Shown here piece by piece: positions 59,655 to 64,000 of a DNA stretch of 64,000 bases. Origin of the DNA: Takakia lepidozioides (Eukaryota > Plantae > Bryophyta). Within the stretch, counting starts at the first letter, position 1. Every line of letters begins with the position of its first letter. The stretch lies in the NCBI GenBank assembly GCA_030704615.1, contig CM060731.1, forward strand, positions 26,102,001 through 26,166,000, written 5' to 3'. The position numbers and the translations under genes were made by a program. Below the pieces are notes generated by a model, which was not told where the DNA came from, did not search any database, and saw only the letters and a program-made list of their open reading frames with translations.

Positions 59655-61183
59655 CCCTTGCCATAGATCGTCGCTTGCGGAACTTGTTTCCCTACAAGGA
59701 AATTAGATCCTAAGAGTATGGCTTCGATGGCATCCCAGTGGTATCTAAAATTCTCTATAATTCCGTATACAAATTATAATTCCTTGAGTCGACGATTGAT
59801 ATATCTGCACACCCGATAATTCCGTACCCTCTCCTCTCCTTGTGGGCAAGTGGATGATTGGAAGCAGCTACAAGACCTTCCAGTACACGTGACTTCCAAA
59901 GTCCTTGCAAACTTGTTGTCCAGAGATCTAACTTGGCAAGCTTTCTTTGAGGAATCTGATCTTATTCGCCCACTTCTAGATCCTTGCATTTGGCATCTTC
60001 TACCCTATGACAGTGGAATATCGGGGTCACAGCATGTTTGCCGATGGCTGCCTTGGGCAGAAATCAGGTAATCTGCAGGAGATGGAGAGAGCTCCAGTAT
60101 TGTGATCTGTGGACCCAGACTCGCTAGTCCGATGCTTCAATCTTCGGGCCAATCCCTCATTCCATACTAAGACCCAACCGATTGAACTTGTGTGAAGACA
60201 CCGCAGGGTTGCCTAAGAAATGATTTGCATACAATTTTACCTTGAGGAAGTGGCAAATTCATATGCCACTGATTGAGGGACTTCCAGGGAAATCAGCAGT
60301 TTGGAAGATGGGTCACAACGTATCATGAAGAGCATTCTTGTCTGCGACCCCATCACCAGATGCTGGAGGCAGCTTTCCCCCAGGAGTCGCGGGATAAAGG
60401 CTTGTGGGTATCTCTGCGTTCTCTTTGCAAAATCCAAGAGCATGGATCAGAACAAATACACCATTACATCCATACTGTGATACTTCCCTGACATTTTTTG
60501 GCAATTTGCGGAGACGTACAGATCTGCAGAGGGGGAGAAGGGCGCAGTAGCCTACATAGCTAGAGGCCCAATGGTGGGAAGTGTCGAAGGTAACACTTTC
60601 AAGGATCAGAAGTGGTCTAGTAGTGTGTGCACCCATCTCTGCAGTGGGAAAAATCAGGAACCACTATCAATGACACCATGTTGTCAACAAGCTCAAGCAC
60701 GCCTGCAACGAAACACTCTAGAAAGAGAAATTGCTGAAGTATGGCACATGCCAATTGAATAGGAATATCCAAGCACACGCCTGAGCTAAATGACAGCTCC
60801 TCCAACCAGGAATCAAAAGAATATGGGAGCAATTGGCCCCCACATCTCAAACCCATTCACTTTTAGAGACTATAGTACAAAATTGCAGGAAAGTCCATCG
60901 TCCTGCCCTCTACGATCTATCCTGTATCTCAGAAAACATCTGGGAACTTTTGTAATTTAATCCTGCCTCACACCTCCATGTAGCAGTGTCCATTGACATA
61001 CAGTATCTGTAAAAGAATATACCAGAAAACCCCCAAGCTGGGAGCCCTTTTCTCTTCTCTCCTCCATGTCCAATCGAACTCTTTCCAAGTCCTTTGAAGA
61101 GAATCAAACACACCAGGTGCCATCCACATGCACAGCCCATCCACGGCCGAGACATGAACCCCACAAGGGGAGTCTTAAACCAC

Positions 61184-63950
61184 TTACAAGAAGTAGTCAG
61201 GAGCAGGCTTTTTAGATGGGATCCCCCTTGCTTCCTAATGCATCAGAACCACAATGCCAACATTAGCAAACCATTGAAAATACACATGTGATTGGCGAAG
61301 TCATCAAACATATCATCTTAGCAGAGAGAGAGAGACGACCCCGGTCAAGCCAGCAAAAACTAGAGTTGCTCCCCGGAGGGATCCCACCTGTCAGCTTCCT
61401 TGGGTTTGCCTCAATGGGTTTGCCACCCACCGGCTCGGATACATGTTCCCTTATGGGTCCTGTCCCCCTGTCGGGGGTGGGCATCAACTTAGCATAATAC
61501 GAAGAACACGATGTTCAGATTTCTGAACATGCTTCTGATGACAGAAACCAGCCAAACGGGGAAGCGCACAAAAAATTCTGACCTGAGGAGCAGCTTCAAA
61601 AACAGTGAACTTCTTGCTCAGATGCTCATCAAGCTCCAATATGGCAGCAACATTACCACACCTATTCATCATAACCAGTCAATTGTCAGTCTTCTAGACC
61701 CAACACGACTCCCACCGTCCCACATTTAACTTTCCAAAGCCCAAAAGGCTGGAAGACTACCTGTAGCAGTAATTTGGCGCCGACCAAACAGTAACAACTT
61801 GATTGTTGAACATCCACTTATAACCCTCCATTACAAGTTGGTGTGCACGACAGATCAGTTCAATTTTGTTGGTGTGATTGAATGTTGTGACCACATTGCC
61901 TCCAAACAAGTAGCCAGCTCCTCTGGGGCTGAGGCCCCACCCCTCTATTTCCTCAGGATCTGACCACAGCAGGTCACACATAGCACCATCATGCGGTACT
62001 TCTTGCTTCCGATCAATTGTCCTAATCTGCAAAAGCCACAACCACAGCACCCAAAAGTATCTGTTTGTGAAAATTACAATCTGGACTCGTACCAGTTTAG
62101 GACTTTTTCCAAAAGGAACCAGCTTAACACAAATGCAATAAAGCAGTAATGAATCTTCACAGGCTGAGATGGGCATAGACCTAGTCAGTGAGAAGAGTAG
62201 GCACCACCCATGCCCTTGGGGGGTGGGGGAATGAGGCTACCAATTGTGACCTGTTGGACTGTGCTTACAGCATATAAAGTAAAACCTCTTTTTTAGGGTG
62301 AGGTAAACAAGGTCACCAACTTCATAAAAAACGTGAATATAGGTACCATAGCTCTGGATAAGGCATATCGGTTCATAATAACATCATCAAGCCGAACTTT
62401 AGTAGAGTATGACGGAGAGGAGAACAGCGAAGAGTCTCAGTCTCAGCTGTGTGTGATACCATAGTTTCATGTAGCACCGTTTGTGCTTTAACTGTGTCAG
62501 CTGGTTGCGATTCAAGTGTGGGCAGGGAGTTTTTGGCAAATCAGTAGGTGAGCTTGAGGGTAACATGAATGGATGACAACCATACCTGATCCAAAGTCGT
62601 TATCGAGGGAGAGAGACCTCCATGGACACTAAAAATCCGGTTGTCAATGAGAGCTGATAGACTGTCAAAAGTACAAGGAAAGGGACATCAGTATCTGGGA
62701 TCTGATGGACATACATCTTCTGCTTTTACAGGGTCATAATTGTAGGTAGGAACTGCTGGCCAACAGCAACCTCACTACATATGGAATCTGCTCTTGGCAA
62801 CTTTGTGCTGAAAAACCATGCTTACAGTAGCGTAAGGTAACCAAGGAAAACTCTAGCTTAACACCCACAGAACCTTTTTCTCAAATCGAATTAATAGAGA
62901 ACCTGTTAAACTCCTTAGCCTACACAGGTCGTGTGTCGAGGTCAAGTTCTAAACCCCTCAACTGCAACCAAAATGTCAGCCATGGGTAATGATATTGCCA
63001 ACCTTAAATAATCGAATATATCAGTACAATACCGCCAAACATTGACTGAACCGTACTTCCGTAGACACTCATCGTAGAATCCATACACCTGCCAAGAATC
63101 TCGCATCAGCTCTGCCCCCCAAGATACAGGCAATCGAACCATTGTGCCTTTTGGGATACTTGGAAGGACAGTACTGGTTCAGCCTTAATCAGACAGCTCT
63201 CTATAGGTAAATACACTGTCCTGGAGAACAAGATAAATTAACCTTTTCTATGTTGAGGAGTATTGTGTACAGTCTAGAGACAGACATACAGCACCAACAG
63301 AGAGCCAAAGAAGGTCATACCTGAGTAATCTGTCGACTCTCATGATTGCCTCGAATGAGGGTTATTCGGTCTGGATAACGCACCTGCACATGTGCCCAAT
63401 CATAGTGCTCAGAAGGTACTGTTGCAACAGAGCCAGACATCATTCCTTTGCAAACTAAGTGCATTCTAACCTACAGAAGAAAATTTAATTACACTTGCTC
63501 TCCCACCAATGCCAGTTTCTATACCTACAGTAGTCCAAGAATCTTACAGTTATCTGAGAGGGTCCTTCACCATAGTTCACGTTCCAATAAGTGCCTAGCC
63601 AGGATGAGGACCTTGACTTCACTGCAGGCCTGACAAGCAGATAGCTTGAAACTGACATACTGAATTCGATTTACTCCACAATACTTGCTTTTGTTCAACT
63701 GCCGGCTACACAACCCATAGCTTGGAAGCAGTTTGTTCGACACGTAATATAAAAGACAATCAAGGGCAAGAAGAGGGATAAGGTCAAGCAGAAGTACCTT
63801 CAGTGCAAGCAATAATAAGAACGTCTCCACTGAGTAAAACCCTCTATCAACAAAGTCACCTAGGAACAAGTAGTTTGTTTGCGGACAATCTCCTCCCACT
63901 TTGAAAAGCTCTTTTAAATCGTAAAACTGTCCATGAATGTCGCCGCAAAT
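61184..63950 (-). CDS. PPX1: Serine/threonine protein phosphatase PP4 (PPX) catalytic subunit; 5' exon(s) outside window
   Basis: [35 protein letters not shown] and [11 protein letters not shown]. The C-terminal exon [16 protein letters not shown] is at 61234-61184. Confidence 0.95.
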
Positions 63951-64000
63951 CTGACACATGATATGTTCAATGAGTAAGTCTCCGTACATCTATGCTCGTG

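Noticed and set aside
59660-61100. Possible degraded gene or TnpB-like remnant between the copia element and PP4
   Set aside because: Only short broken ORFs, with no catalytic motif I could support.

Overview
Eukaryotic nuclear DNA with GT-AG introns. The gene content points to a plant, probably a non-seed land plant such as a bryophyte or lycophyte (inference). Four host genes are present: plastid enoyl-ACP reductase (+), a VPS3/TGFBRAP1-like CNH/Vps39 protein (+), a NIT4-like nitrilase (-) and a 5'-partial PP4/PPX catalytic subunit (-). They lie among many transposable elements, two of which independently carry DNA-methyltransferase-like genes. (1) An 11.6-kb Mutator-like element (35363-46967, 9-bp TSD TGTTTGGTC, no true TIRs) is nested in an L1 LINE. 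It encodes a SWIM-type MULE transposase and, divergently, an intron-containing ParB/Srx-like + beta-class N4/N6 amino-methyltransferase-like protein whose introns hold an array of 22-bp palindromes. This is the best candidate for an undescribed system. (2) A Ty3/gypsy retrotransposon (1-~9.6 kb) has a C5-cytosine methyltransferase between protease and RT and a PHD finger on the integrase tail. Also present: an intact (TC)n-tailed LINE stacked head-to-tail inside an intron, a deleted copia element, MITEs and a Helitron-like repeat. Both methyltransferase-bearing copies contain frameshifts, stops or deletions. All domain calls come from motif recognition by eye, not database searches.
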